Source: a virus. From it: 64,000 nucleotides of DNA. A program made the position numbers and the translations under genes. Under the pieces are notes generated by a model, which was not told the origin of the DNA, did not search any database, and saw only the letters and a program-made list of their open reading frames with translations. Of the stretch, positions 35,149-47,200 are shown one piece after another. The stretch's first letter is position 1. Each line of letters begins with the position of its first letter. Location: positions 10,841 to 74,840 of the IMG/VR virus record IMGVR_UViG_3300035691_000003. One strand, written 5' to 3'.

Positions 35149-37560
35149 TCACCTTACCTCCGCACCCTGCACCGCCCGCCGCACCCCACGCCGCACCTCC
35201 CAGTCGTCCCGCTCCCTCGTCCCTGGCAATCCCGGCACAGTGAGTCGCTCAGCGTCGGGTAGAGTGCCCAGTGCCACCACCAGCGCCGCCAGTAGTCGGG
35301 CATTCTGCCGTTCAGTAAACAGGGCACTGATTAACGAACCTTGCCGTGCTTCGCGATACAGCAGCAGCGCTTGTCGCAGTCCAATCTTCACCGGCTCACA
35401 TAAGTCGCAGAAGACGAGAGCGACGAGGTGGGTGGATGGTAGGGTTAGTGGTCGAGGTTGCGGCCTCTGGGCCAGCGCGACCAGTAGAGCGAGTTCAGCG
35501 ACTATCATCGTCGTCGTCCTCCCGCTTCCCATTCAACTCATCAATCGCTAGTGCTAACTCTCGCTCATGCTCCGGCATATTCCCCGGCCAGTTGGGCTGC
35601 ACCTCAGCACGCCAGCGACGGGCGGCGGTGAGCAGGCGGGTGGTGGCGTCAGTGGTTAACTCGGGCATCTGGCATCTCCTTTCGCTTTCACCTGTCGCAG
35701 CCGCTTACGATCACCGATGAACATCCCCTGTGCGGCAATCTCGCTGAACGCTACAGCTTTACGGTCTGGCTCCAACCGCTCCAACAATTCCTCCCGGCGA
35801 AACTCACAGAAGAGGCAATAGTCGTCGTAGTGGATGGTGCCACAACAGCGGCATTCACTCATCGGTCGCCTCCCCCACTGTACACAACGGCCCTGGTTCT
35901 CCATCAGGATCGCCGTCCCAGCACAGCCAGCAGCGACGTGGATCGTGGTCCTCTGTCTTGGTCGCATTGCAGTGACGACAAGTTACAGGCTCGCACTCAT
36001 ACGGGTGCATGTCCTCGGCGGTACAGGCGAAGCTCATATCAGCACCTCCGGTTCCGCGCAAAGAAAGCAGGCGACATAACTGCCGTCGGGAAGCGGTAGG
36101 AACCCGTCTTCACAGCAGTGTTCACTATCATCAAATAGCCAGCCATCGCCACGGCAGGTAGAACATCCATCTCCATCAGCCTGTTCCCCGGTCCCGCTAC
36201 AGTCGCGACAAACTACTTCGGCAGGCAGCAGGAATTCAAACGGCCAGTCAGCGGGAAAGTCGAACGATTGCGGGTAAGGGTCGCGAATGTCAGTGTCGTC
36301 GATGGCGGGAATCATTGGGTGGCTCCTGTCTCGTCTTCATTGCAAAGTAAATTACCCTGAATATGGTCAGCGATTGCCCGCAGACGCTCCACGCCGTCAC
36401 CAAACTCCTGAGCGCTGGCCGGGTCGGCCATTTCCTGCACCTGTCGCAATAGTTCGTGGGGTTCCATCAGTCGCCTCCTTCCGGCAGCGCTTGCAGAGGA
36501 TTCGCGCCAACTATTAGATCCACTTCCTCTTTGCGAAGCACCGACGCACAGGAAGCCAGTGAAGTAGCAATCAGCAACGACAGGCCCGCAGTGTACCGAG
36601 CAGCGTCTTGCAGTGCCTCGATTTCAGACTTCCCCTGGCCGATGATATGGAAATCCTCGAACCACACGTCCCAGGGATCGTCAGCGCCCTTCGTCTCGGT
36701 TACGTAGATTGTACCCACGTCGCTCTTGTATTTGCTCATCTCAACCTCCCGTGCTCGCAGCCTGTGTCGGAGCGACGAACTCATGATAGTTCACATACCC
36801 CAGTGTCACATCGTGAATCCCGTCGTTCTCCAGTCCCTTGCACACCTTGCTGTCAATCTCAAAGGCACACTTGTCACCGTTGCTCATCAGCATCTGTAAT
36901 CGCCCACTAACATCGGTGGAGAACTGGTGCTGGCTATCCCCGTCACCGTGGTCCCCGTCGTCTGGGTCGGTGCTGCCACAGATGGCGCACATGGGTTTGC
37001 GCTGCTGGGCCAGATTCTTGTTAAGTGTCGCTGCCAGCCCGGTGGCACGCGCCGATCTGTTGCCAGTGGCGCGGGTGCGCTTCTTGACGCCCTTGCCGGT
37101 TCCCTTTGTCGGCTGCAACGACTCGACCAGGAGATCGCGCTCACTGTCGGACAGCCCGCGCAAGGTGGCCAGCAACGCGGATTCGTCGTCGCTGAACTGA
37201 CGTTGTAGACTGTAGACTTTAAGCACGTTTCGCAGATTCACAATAATTGCTCCTTCCTTTGCTTGTTAGCGGCCCATTGTAAGAACGTCTCAAACTTCCA
37301 GTCAGTCAGGCTCTCAGGGCCAAATGTTACTGAATGACCGCGCGTTTCCATCTCAGCTAGAAACTCTTTCATCAGCGCGCGGAGGTAGTCTAAGTCGGCG
37401 GCAATACCCACTCGTGATGGAAACTGGCGCAGATTGGATTGGGCAGGGGTGGTCATAGATCGTCGTCCTCGCAGCACTTACAGCAGGTAGCGCACTTGCG
37501 ACAGTCGGCGCATTGATAAACTTCGCAGTCACAGCCGTAAGGTGATCCCTCTGACAGGCC
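35149..37560 (-). other. cluster of about 9 small early hypothetical ORFs, several Zn-finger-like (e.g. 36034..36315, 36741..37241)
   Basis: Tightly coupled minus-strand ORFs with GGAG-type RBS. Confidence 0.6.
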
Positions 37561-37577
37561 ACAGCAGTAGCACTCGT

Positions 37578-38075
37578 TCATCCCATTCTCCGCTCATTCA
37601 AATCCGGCCCTGCTCGCCGAAGGTATTCGCAGGCTGTCATCAGGCGTTGTAGGTCATCTCCTAACATCCCCAACGCTCTATTGCAGGTGTCGCAAAGCAG
37701 CCCGCGAACATACCCCGTCTCATGGTCGTGGTCTACGACAAGGCGAGACTTAGATGCCTGCTTCTCCGGTAACTGCCCACAGGTCGCGCAACGTCCGTTT
37801 TGCTGCTTCAGAAGAACAAAGTAATCCTCGACGGTTAATCCGTATTCCTTTAGATAATTCCGGAATCGCCACAAGCGCCGTTGGGTCAATGTTTGCTCGT
37901 CAGTATATCTTCGCCGCTCAGCGCAGCGCTGACATAGACCATCTTTAGTGAACCGCGCTCGATCAGGACAACAAGATGCTCGTGGCAGAAATGGCTCTCG
38001 GTCTTTTACGTAACAGCCACTACATAGGCCCCGTGCCTTTAGTCGTCGTTCGGGATGACAGGTTGCTGCTCTCAT
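37578..38075 (-). CDS. recombination endonuclease VII-like (His-Me finger) nuclease
   Basis: YGLTVEDY..L..QNGRCATC; LVVDHDHETGYVRGLLCDTCNRALG. Confidence 0.85.
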   Translation of the reverse strand: MRAATCHPERRLKARGLCSGCYVKDREPFLPRASCCPDRARFTKDGLCQRCAERRRYTDEQTLTQRRLWRFRNYLKEYGLTVEDYFVLLKQQNGRCATCGQLPEKQASKSRLVVDHDHETGYVRGLLCDTCNRALGMLGDDLQRLMTACEYLRRAGPDLNERRMG

Positions 38076-38581
38076 TGATCGCAACCTTTTCCGGTCTGCC
38101 CGTAGTCAGCAGGAGACGTAAAATCCTTCCAATGAACCCAACGATCTTTGCAGTGAAAGCCCCAGTCGCGCGTTACCCGGCCCGTGACTACCAGTGTCCA
38201 GCATGGTAACGAGCCTCCACCCAGCAGCTTTGACAGTACGACCCGATGCGCGTGTCTGGCCCTGCGAAAAGCAATAGACGGAGCGCGACGAAACAGGAGG
38301 TCTTGGTCCACGGCATCCCCGACAATCTCGCGATACTCCCCTTTGAGCATCACCGATACAAACCACCACGGATGATCGTGCAGCGCTCGGTCCTCATCGT
38401 CGTGCAGGAACTTGTGCAGATAGACATTTAGCCACGGGTTGCGCGGAATGACGTACCAGCGCAGGAGGTAACGGTCGCCGATGATGAAGTGAGGCTTGAG
38501 CGACCACCAGCCGCGCGCCCACTGCACCACCGAGGCTCGCAAGCTGAATCCACTACCGCCGCTTCTAGTTCCATAAGCCAT
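38072..38581 (-). CDS. cupin-like phage protein
   Basis: YLHKFLHDDEDRALHDHPW..H.HRV..WTLV.TG. Confidence 0.65.
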   Translation of the reverse strand: MAYGTRSGGSGFSLRASVVQWARGWWSLKPHFIIGDRYLLRWYVIPRNPWLNVYLHKFLHDDEDRALHDHPWWFVSVMLKGEYREIVGDAVDQDLLFRRAPSIAFRRARHAHRVVLSKLLGGGSLPCWTLVVTGRVTRDWGFHCKDRWVHWKDFTSPADYGQTGKGCDQ

Positions 38582-39428
38582 CTGTCGTCACTCCTCCACG
38601 CACTCCAACCCGGCTATTCGATCAGCAGGCCACCAACCGTCAGCCCCTTGGCCGACCTCCGAGTGAATATTCTCGTCGCCACGCGCGGGCCTTCGCTCAA
38701 CTTCACTTCCAGAATGTTCCCCTTGCACCACTTCGCCTCCTTCACCGCCATCGGGTACGGGTAGCCGTCAACTTCCGCGAATACAAACAACCCACTGGCC
38801 CACGCCTTCTTGATCAACGCCGGGCCGAACTTCACGCCGCAGTGCGTAGTAGGCCAGCCTTCAACGCCGCCCTGGTGGCTGTAGTCGAACTCGTAGGACA
38901 CCTCGGTCGGCGCACTTACCTCGAACTCGCCCGGTCCTTGACGATTAACCCAGTTCAGCCTTGGCACGTTGTTTCTCCACGTACTCCATCGCCGCGTCCC
39001 AGCCGGCACAGAATTCCTCCCGACCCAGCGTGGTTCGCAACGGCCACTCGCGGTCGTATTGGTCGGCGGCCACTTCACGCGCCAGCAGCGCCTGCTCGTT
39101 GGGTGATAGTTCCACGTCAGTAGCAATCCCTTCGACTGCCAAACTTGCGCTCGTAGTCGTCTTCGTATCGCCGTTGCTGTTTCTCTTGTCGCTGGCGGTG
39201 ACGATTACCGGCCATGAAGCCTGCGACGAAGATCCGCTGGTCCGTAGTGCTGTAAGTTCCCTTGGCGAAGTCCAACCACGCGGCTTGGGCCGCCGCTGTT
39301 AACGGGTCGATGGTGCTTGAGTCAGTCATTCTCTCTCCCTCTATCCTCCCCAACCACCCCTCCCTTACCGCACTCCCGGCAGTCTCCTCTATTCCACCGG
39401 AGCACGGGGAGGAGGGGTGGGTGGAGCT

Positions 39429-39896
39429 TTAAGTCGTCGTCGCTGTCGTCGCTGTCGTCGCTGTCATCGTCTTCACCATCACCCTCTCCCGGACGACGAC
39501 TTCAACCTTCTCCTCTGTCGAATCCACTGCATCCCATGAACCAGCGCGAACCAGGAAGTCATTAAATCCACATTTCTCCGCAATTGTATCGATAGTTAGC
39601 TTCAGTAGGTTGGCGACATCGAACACTCGCGGTTTCCCGTTCTTGTAGTGAAACGGGAAGTGGTAAGTGGCATGGATCTCCACTGATGAATCTTGAGCCA
39701 CTTTGAACCTTGGTACATATCGCTTTGATTCCGACTTCCATCGATAACACTCAGGGCGCAAAAACACTTCCCTAGTTGAATACCGGATCTGATACAGGCT
39801 ATTAACCGTGACAGGGAGCGACGGGAGAGTGAAGCGGACCTCGTTGGCCGTTACCGCTTCTATTGCCCTCTCTATCTCTCCTATCGCTCTCTCCAT
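39429..39896 (-). CDS. rusA: RusA-like Holliday junction resolvase
   Basis: LPVTVNSLY; FDVANLLKLTIDTI..FND. Confidence 0.7.
   Translation of the reverse strand: MERAIGEIERAIEAVTANEVRFTLPSLPVTVNSLYQIRYSTREVFLRPECYRWKSESKRYVPRFKVAQDSSVEIHATYHFPFHYKNGKPRVFDVANLLKLTIDTIAEKCGFNDFLVRAGSWDAVDSTEEKVEVVVRERVMVKTMTATTATTATTT
39433..39471. repeat. short tandem repeat (GTCGTCGCT)x3+
   Basis: Directly visible; encodes the TATTATATTT tail of the RusA-like protein. Confidence 0.7.
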
Positions 39897-39912
39897 CACC
39901 CCACGTCCCCCT

Positions 39913-40479
39913 CTACGCGGATTCACCACCGTCGGCGGATCGAAAGTTAGTCAACTCGTTCTTAAAGTCCCCGGTTCCCTCGTATTTCCCGTTGACCTTC
40001 GTTTTGATCTCCCGCCGTTTGATGTCGGCGATGAACTCACGGCCCAATAGAGAGCCGAGGAACTCGTCGTTCACCCGCACGTTGGTGACATCTTCGCCCA
40101 TCGCTTTGAGAAACTGCTTCGTCGGAAAACGGGCTTCGTTCTGCCACCAGGGGGATTTGAAAGCGTCGGGGAAGTCGCGACTGTTGAAGGTCAGTACTAG
40201 CTCGGGGAACAGAACCTTCTTCGCGTATTTCCCTTCACCGTCCACTCCCTCGGGACCGACCTGCGCCTCCACTACCAGCCGCTTCACCATCCAGGTCTTC
40301 GTGTCTTTGTCTTCGGCGGTCCTCACACTGGCCTTCTTGATCGAAAAGTGGACCTTAGCCGCCGGTTCCAGCACCCCTCCCTGCTGGTCGGATAAATCAC
40401 CGACATCAACCTCATCGGTCACGTTGAACGGCACCGTTCCGTTGTCGTCTTCAACTGTTCCGTAGTCCAATTCAGGCAT
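39913..40479 (-). CDS. putative ssDNA-binding protein (DUF669-like)
   Basis: Acidic N-terminus, OB-like beta pattern, follows Sak4-like gene. Confidence 0.55.
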   Translation of the reverse strand: MPELDYGTVEDDNGTVPFNVTDEVDVGDLSDQQGGVLEPAAKVHFSIKKASVRTAEDKDTKTWMVKRLVVEAQVGPEGVDGEGKYAKKVLFPELVLTFNSRDFPDAFKSPWWQNEARFPTKQFLKAMGEDVTNVRVNDEFLGSLLGREFIADIKRREIKTKVNGKYEGTGDFKNELTNFRSADGGESA

Positions 40480-40556
40480 GGCTGTATCCTCGCTTCTGTG
40501 GTTAGTTGTTTAGATTGTCAAAGCTCACATGTAAGCTTCGGTTAGAGCAATCGGGT

Positions 40557-41441
40557 TTACGACGATGCTGGTTTAGTCGCCGCCGCTGGGGCAGGCGGTG
40601 TCGCCACCGCTTTCGACTGACCGTTCCTCGCTGTCGCCGTAAGAATGTCGTAAAAACTCTTGTTCGTGATGTCGATCTTCGCCGGCAGTCCGTACTTGTT
40701 CTTCGCCTGGATGATCGTCTGCATCGCCGGGGTCTTCTGACAGTAGGCCCAGTAGTTGAGGGTTTGATTCCCTTTGTCGTCTTTGGCGACCTTATGCTCA
40801 AGGTAGATCACGGCACCGGGAAGTCCGTCGATAGTGTTCCTGAACGAGCCGATGATACGAGGCGCAATGTCGCTGTCCTTCACCGTTTTCTTCTCCATCG
40901 CCTCATCGCTCTCCCGTTGAATATGACAGGTCATTACGACATTAAGCCTGAGTCGGGTTGCCATCGTCAGAAAGTCGGCGCGAATGAACTCGTTCAGAAA
41001 GATCGACAACGCCTCAAACGCCGCAAACTTATTCGTCTCGTTCGCCGGGTTCGCTTTGATCTGCGCCCACTTCATTTGCATGAAGAAGGTCAGACCATCG
41101 AGCGTAATGGTTTTGACTCGACCCTCTGTCGCTAACTGTTTCGCGTGAGCCAGTATGCCGTAGATCGACGACCGCTCGTTCGGGTCTTTGGTACGCTTAA
41201 ACGCATCTTTCAACTCGCTCGACTGTTCGCTATTGAACTCTTCCAAATGGACCAAGTTCTTCGCCAGTTGAACCGACCGGGGCCGTTGGAGCTTTAGAAA
41301 CTCCAACCCCACCGGGTCGCAGGCGATAACATAGTTATCGGGAAAGGTTAGCGCCAGGTCTGTTTTACCTGCGTCCGGTGGCCCGTTGACCAGCAGGATG
41401 TAGATTGGGTTTGATTTTAGAAACTCTTCAGCGGTTGGCAT
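40557..41441 (-). CDS. AAA_24 / Sak4-like recombination ATPase
   Basis: Walker A GPPDAGKT; Walker B TITLDGLT; NVVMTCH; AKNKYG. Confidence 0.75.
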   Translation of the reverse strand: MPTAEEFLKSNPIYILLVNGPPDAGKTDLALTFPDNYVIACDPVGLEFLKLQRPRSVQLAKNLVHLEEFNSEQSSELKDAFKRTKDPNERSSIYGILAHAKQLATEGRVKTITLDGLTFFMQMKWAQIKANPANETNKFAAFEALSIFLNEFIRADFLTMATRLRLNVVMTCHIQRESDEAMEKKTVKDSDIAPRIIGSFRNTIDGLPGAVIYLEHKVAKDDKGNQTLNYWAYCQKTPAMQTIIQAKNKYGLPAKIDITNKSFYDILTATARNGQSKAVATPPAPAAATKPASS

Positions 41442-41476
41442 TGGTCCCTCTTACGATGATTATAATTGCCGGTTGT

Positions 41477-42415
41477 TTAGACTTCGACCACCACTTCCAT
41501 CGGCGCGTCGAACAGCGTCACTGGACTACAGGAGCCGTCGTGGCCCTGGTCCAATACGCATCGCCTCAATTCATCGGTCATCTGATTACAGATCCTCCGG
41601 TATTGGACTTCGATTAGCTCACTATCCTGTGGGTAGCTCCACCCGGCACCGCAGATGGCTTTATACGAACACCATCGACACGAGTTAGTGTTAATACGCC
41701 AAATCTCCGTTTGGCGACTGCGTTCTATATCCGCTATCCAGTCGGTCTCTGACGCTTGCTCAATAGCTAACTGCTCACCGTTGCGATTGAACATCTGCCG
41801 CTCGAACGCATTCCAGAACCCGGCAGGCTCTCCCTTGTAAGCATGTTGACGAAAACGAAAGCTTAAGGCGTTGATATAGAACCCGTCACATTCCCCGTAC
41901 CGCTCCTTGATAAACTTGTAATAACCTGTGATTTGACTATTCGGGTTGAACTGACTCCAGTAGTCGGCGTTGAGATACTTCCCAGTGGTCTTGTGGTCGA
42001 ACCCGTAGATGCCGCCTTGTTCTAAATTCTCCATCACGAGGTCTAAGTGGACCACGTGGCCGTCGTCGCGGGAATCGGCCTTCTCGCAACTTATCACCTT
42101 CCACTTGCGATCCTCGTCCCGCCAGCGACGAGCATAAGCCGCCAGGGCGACGACGCCGTTCTCCCTGGTTTTTGCCAGATCTGTCGGGTCCAACTGAACC
42201 GGGTAGATGGAGAGAAACGCCTCTTGCGCTGATTTTAAACTGCCGCCCAAGTAGAGGTGTCGTAGCCCTTCGTGAATCGCCTCGCCGAATCGTAGATGGT
42301 GATCCGACGATTCGTCACCACGCTTCCGTAAGCCGACCTCATACTCGTAGAAGTAGCGAAGAGGACAGAGCTTGTAGCTGTCGAGCTGACTATGGGAGTA
42401 GGAATAGGTCGTCAC
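41477..42415 (-). CDS. PD-(D/E)xK (RecB/Cas4-like) exonuclease
   Basis: SHSQLDSYKLCP; FGEAIHEGL; HLDLV..FDHKTT; CRWCSYKAIC. Confidence 0.8.
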   Translation of the reverse strand: MTTYSYSHSQLDSYKLCPLRYFYEYEVGLRKRGDESSDHHLRFGEAIHEGLRHLYLGGSLKSAQEAFLSIYPVQLDPTDLAKTRENGVVALAAYARRWRDEDRKWKVISCEKADSRDDGHVVHLDLVMENLEQGGIYGFDHKTTGKYLNADYWSQFNPNSQITGYYKFIKERYGECDGFYINALSFRFRQHAYKGEPAGFWNAFERQMFNRNGEQLAIEQASETDWIADIERSRQTEIWRINTNSCRWCSYKAICGAGWSYPQDSELIEVQYRRICNQMTDELRRCVLDQGHDGSCSPVTLFDAPMEVVVEV

Positions 42416-42543
42416 GGCTTCTTCTTTCCTGTCTTATCCCACGAGTATGACTTACAACGCGGGCAAACAACCGGGCGCGCCATCAACGACAGCCATCTGT
42501 GACCACAGTTGGGTCGCCGGCATTGATGTTCAAACATTTCCAT
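42412..42543 (-). CDS. small Zn-ribbon protein (43 aa; not in track)
   Basis: CRRPNCGHRW...PVVCPRCKSYSW; GTGA overlap with nuclease. Confidence 0.65.
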   Translation of the reverse strand: MEMFEHQCRRPNCGHRWLSLMARPVVCPRCKSYSWDKTGKKKP

Positions 42544-42569
42544 TGAAGCTTTCCGTTTCATGGGCGGAC

Positions 42570-42598
42570 AATCTACTACTACGTGGTTAAGGTGTCAA
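42570..42598 (-). promoter_or_regulatory. sigma70-type promoter for recombination operon
   Basis: TTGACA-N17-TAGATT. Confidence 0.65.
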
Positions 42599-42622
42599 TA
42601 GTCAAAGTGACCGATCCTCCGG

Positions 42623-44002
42623 TTAAATCCACCGGACTACTCGCGGGTCAATCTTGCATCGAGTGGCTAACAGCTCCGGCGTACCGACGATCCTCAGCCC
42701 CTCTGGCGCACGACAACGACTGACCGCCACGTAGGTCATCGCCGGCGTGCCGAAGAAGAAGTTACGCAGGTCGAGTTGAACGCGATCCAGGGTCAACCCC
42801 TGAGACTTGTGAACAGTGGAAGCCCACGCTAACCGGAGGGGTAGGTACTCCACTGCGCCGATCACGTACTTCTCCGCCTGTTCGTCAAAGTACGGCTGTC
42901 CCCAGGTGGCCGACGATCCGATCGCCCCGCACTCGTCAGGGTCCACCGTATGCACCTTCCTCGTAATCACCCCGACATTCACCACCGAGTCGTTGCGCGC
43001 CAACCGTACCTGGATATGCTGACTGTCACGACCAACGATCAACCCGCAGTCACCGTTCGCGTAGGTAAACCCCTTCGTATCGTTGGCGAGAATCATCACG
43101 TAGGCACCGATCTTGAGTTCAATCTTGGGCGGAATATGGGACCATTCACCAGGAGGGCGGTTGACGTGCCAGCGCTTCGAGTTCACGGCAAACTTCTCCC
43201 CGCGCACCCGTTGCAGCGCCTGCCAGTTGAACCGATCCACTTCGTCGTTCTTTGCCATGATGGTAGTGCCGGGGAAGTGGAGGTCGAGGGCGGAGGAGAA
43301 GTCAGCGGTGGTCGAAGCCAGGAGTTCGGCTCCAGCCACGCCTTCACCGGCTCGTAGATAGTTAATCGCTGCCAAAAAGTCCCCATCCCCCTGTCGCCAG
43401 TTCTTCTCCAGTCGTTCGGTGCCGCCATCGAACTCCGGCCAGCACTCGGCCCCGAAGATCCATCGCGCTTTAATCGGCGGCAGTTGACAGAGGTCGCCAA
43501 CGAGCACTAACCCAATCCCTTCCGGGTTTTTTGACTTCAGCACTGCCTTCCGCTGATTCGCCTCCCGACAGGCTTGATATAAGGTGTCCAACTGTTCCGC
43601 TGGCATCATTGACACCTCGTCAACGTAGAGGTTGCGGGCTGATTGCGCCAGCTTCGCCAGTCTCGTGACCAGCCGCCCGCTGACGAACGCGTTGATCAGC
43701 GACTCGGTATCGAAGTAGCGAAGGAGAGAGTTGATCGTCACTGTGCCGAGGTTCACACCCGCGATCCCCGTAGTGGCACACAGCACCCCTTCGCGTGGAT
43801 CGTCATGAATCGCCTCTCGCACCTGGTACGTCTTACCTGTTCCAGCGGCCCCGGTAATGAAACGACAACGGGGCGGTGGCGTGTCGTCGGTCAGATCGAG
43901 GTCAAATCCACCATCGTCGTCGGTAGTGACGGTAGTGTCGGTAGTACTGTCAGTTGTCGTAGTCGCTGTGGGCCGTAGCTGATCCAAGTCTTCATTTACC
44001 AT
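42623..44002 (-). CDS. Pif1/RecD-family SF1B helicase
   Basis: GAAGTGKT; DEVSM; GDLCQLPP; LPLRLAWASTVHKSQGLTLD; start at 44002 after GGAGG. Confidence 0.9.
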   Translation of the reverse strand: MVNEDLDQLRPTATTTTDSTTDTTVTTDDDGGFDLDLTDDTPPPRCRFITGAAGTGKTYQVREAIHDDPREGVLCATTGIAGVNLGTVTINSLLRYFDTESLINAFVSGRLVTRLAKLAQSARNLYVDEVSMMPAEQLDTLYQACREANQRKAVLKSKNPEGIGLVLVGDLCQLPPIKARWIFGAECWPEFDGGTERLEKNWRQGDGDFLAAINYLRAGEGVAGAELLASTTADFSSALDLHFPGTTIMAKNDEVDRFNWQALQRVRGEKFAVNSKRWHVNRPPGEWSHIPPKIELKIGAYVMILANDTKGFTYANGDCGLIVGRDSQHIQVRLARNDSVVNVGVITRKVHTVDPDECGAIGSSATWGQPYFDEQAEKYVIGAVEYLPLRLAWASTVHKSQGLTLDRVQLDLRNFFFGTPAMTYVAVSRCRAPEGLRIVGTPELLATRCKIDPRVVRWI

Positions 44003-44202
44003 CTGTCGTCGTCCTCCTATCCCCAAACTCCCCCGCGATAATCTCAGTCAACACCCGGCTCTCATCAACCGACAAAGGCTGACAGCAAGCTGTGCGGTAC
44101 TCGCTGAACCTGGTTAGAACCCGCCGCGCTCGTTCGACCGTGTCGGTGGTCGTCAGCCTTCATTACTTACACCGCCTTTCTTACCGTGTTGGGCCAAGTT
44201 AG

Positions 44203-47200
44203 TCACAGTTCCTCGCAAGGTCGTTTGTGACCCACGTCATAAATGTCGATTGCGTCCAGTAGCGGACCAATGCGATAGGCGAATTCATCCTTACGTTCAT
44301 AGCCGACACGTCGCCATTCAACGGCGGCATCAACGACCGCTTGCAGCCGGTCAATCTCAGCGATGAGAGCGAGGATGAGCGACGGCGAAACATCCACCAC
44401 GACGCGGCTATCGTCCTTGGCGTCTTGCACCTGCTTCCTTAGGCGCTCCATCCATTCCTTCAGCTCATCAGTTGGCATATCTACTGCTCCGTTTCCAGCA
44501 CCTTTACACCTTCAAGCGACTCATGGTGATCACACGGGTCTTCTTCAGGGCAGCAATCCGTAATGCCGATTCGTTTACCTTCGGTGTTTAAGCAGGGCTT
44601 CAACCAAACGCGTTCGCCTTCATGGTTGGTGATCATCATGTCCTCTTTCCAGCGGAGCCCCTCAAGCAGCCGCTTTGCCTGTCGCTGTTCAGGTGTTAGA
44701 ACTAGATCGTCGTCAGTTGGCATTGGAATCCTCTGGTCAGTAACCCTCAAACTCCGGCAGCGCTTCATACGCCTTGCGATTCATCTTTCCCGTTGTGATC
44801 GTTAGCGTGATCGGCTTATCGTCCTTGCTCCAGTTCTCAAGCTCGCTGCGCATGTCATCAAGGACGCCCTCGATCGTGTCCTGCGTTGGGCCGCCCATGC
44901 CGTCGTTATCGAATCGGTAAACGGCTATGTCGGGTTCGTTCTCACCACACATTTTGGAATCCTCACTTATCAATGCGGAGTTTCGAGTAGAGTGCGCGGG
45001 CGCGTTCGCAGTCCAGTGTGTGATCCGGACTGCCGGCGTTGGGCGGCAATGCGCACCAGCAGCATTCTCCAGAAGGAAAACTAACTACCAGCCCACGCAG
45101 CACTTCGCGGACTTCTGCAAGTTCAGCGTCGATCAGGTCTTCGTATTCAGTAGTTTCAAGCGCGACCAGCATGCCGTCACCTTGATCGATCTTCTCTAGT
45201 AGTTCGGCGGCTAATTCACTTGCCATCAGCGCTCCCCTTCCGGCGGTGTGTACTTCTCTGCCAACTTGTTCCACGTAAAGCAAGCCTGTGAACAAAGGAC
45301 GTTAGCGCAATTGGCAAACGCGGGCTTGTGTTTCGCTTCGACATGGTAGGAAAACGCGGTTTCCTTTAACAGTGCCGCCGTGGCTCGTAGATGCCGCGCC
45401 AGCACGTCTCGTTCTCTTTCCAGGTCAGCGTGAGAGGAGAATGATTCCGGCGTGATCGGACCAAAGAACTCGCCGACCGATACGCTCGTCGGATCTGGTT
45501 CAGCAACGGAGTAGAACAAGCCGTCTCTTACCTCAACGATTTCGGGCGCGTAGGTCTGATCGTAACGCCACCAATAGACGCCATTGGCGTCAGGCTTAGC
45601 CCATCGCCGTTCCCCTGTCTTGCGCTCTTGAGAAGATTTAGTCATAGCCCTCAACGTGGTACTTATTGCAATGCGCAATCGTAGCTTCGTGATCGTGGTT
45701 CAGGTCTGCAACGTGGTTCCGTAGTTGCCTTATTTCGTCGATGAGCAGTTGCACGACCGGCGGTTTAACCAGTGCGTTAAAATCTTCCATCGCGGCGAAG
45801 CGCCGAAAGATAGTGGCGCGGAGCGCCCGGTGCGTTACGCGCTCGACCTCCGCGATTACAGAATCGATATCCCGCGCTGTATTGGTCATTCAAGTACCCT
45901 CGTTTCAATCCACCTTGCAGAAAAAGCAACTTCCCGCTTCGGTTGATTCACAATCCGCACAACGCTGATCGTCTTCAATTTCGATCCGCGCGGTTCGTTC
46001 CACCGTCTCCTGTTCGCCTGTAGAAGGATCAATAGGCGTCGAAGCAATCATGTCGATTGAATCCTTTCTGGGTTGCGCAAGCCTGCTGGCAGACGGAACA
46101 AATCAGCATCCGCCTGCGCCGAAGATAATGCACTGGATTACAACCGCTGCAAGCTTGCGGCTGAGAACTATCAGGATGATCGTCCGGCTCCCACGTTTCT
46201 CCCACAGGACACCAGCGGACAAGTGTTGATTCAGCCCGTCGCTCACCTGTAGAAGAAGTTGATTTACAACACTTGCTGTAATCGTTAGCGCATTCCAACT
46301 CGTCGCAATCGAAGAAGTAAAAACAGTTCGGGCAATTGTGGCGATGGGTCGTCTTCACTGTCTCAGTAGCCATTCCTATGCAGTCTCCTGATTATTCCCC
46401 ATACACCGGTCGTCTCGGATAGTTGTGCGGCGGGTGTTGGAGTTGGGTGATTCGCAATAGGACCGCATCGAGAAAGCGGCCTCGCAGTTCGGTCTGCTCG
46501 TCGCTTTCATCCAACCAGAACAGCCACGGCATCGAACACTGAAACCCAACTGGGGTTGTGCTTGGATCACCTGCGTCCAGCACGTCGGCTATGGCAGCGC
46601 GCACTGTCGCTGCATCAGCCCAGAGGGGTGGTGGTTGCTGGTCCTGGCGCTTATCATCATCGCTGTGGGTCAGCTCATGACAGGGACACTCGGGGATGGA
46701 GCACTCACCGGTCGGCTGCGCACCCACCCGCCATTCGTCGTTGGGTTTGATGTGGGTCATAGGTACTATCCGTCCTCTCGAAGCAACTCAGCCAAAGTGT
46801 CGGCGTAGTTCGCGACCTCGCTAAAGCCTGACGAATGACCCTCTTGCCACGCAATGCGATATAGAGCGTCAAACTTTGGGTGTCCTTCGAGCCTTAGCGC
46901 CCTAGCCAGCTCGGTCTTAAACCACTGCTCGGCTTCCGTTTGACCGTCTTCCCACGCACGGCGCTGAGCTGTTACGGCCTCTTTCGCGTCCTCGTAGTCA
47001 CCAACGGCTCTACCGTATTCTCGTCCAGTTTTGTAGTCCTCGCGTTTTGGAGCTTTTGGCATTTCGGGGTACGAGAACGACCAAGCACGTCTCTCGGCCT
47101 CTTCAGCTACGTCCCAGGCCGTTTGCAATTCAGTCGTCATTACCTAACTCCCATCCATTCAAGTCTTCGTCATCTGATTCAATCTGACTAAAGCACTGCG

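Noticed and set aside
41477-42415. CRISPR-associated cas4
   Set aside because: No cas1/cas2 or array; it sits in a nuclease-Sak4-SSB recombination operon
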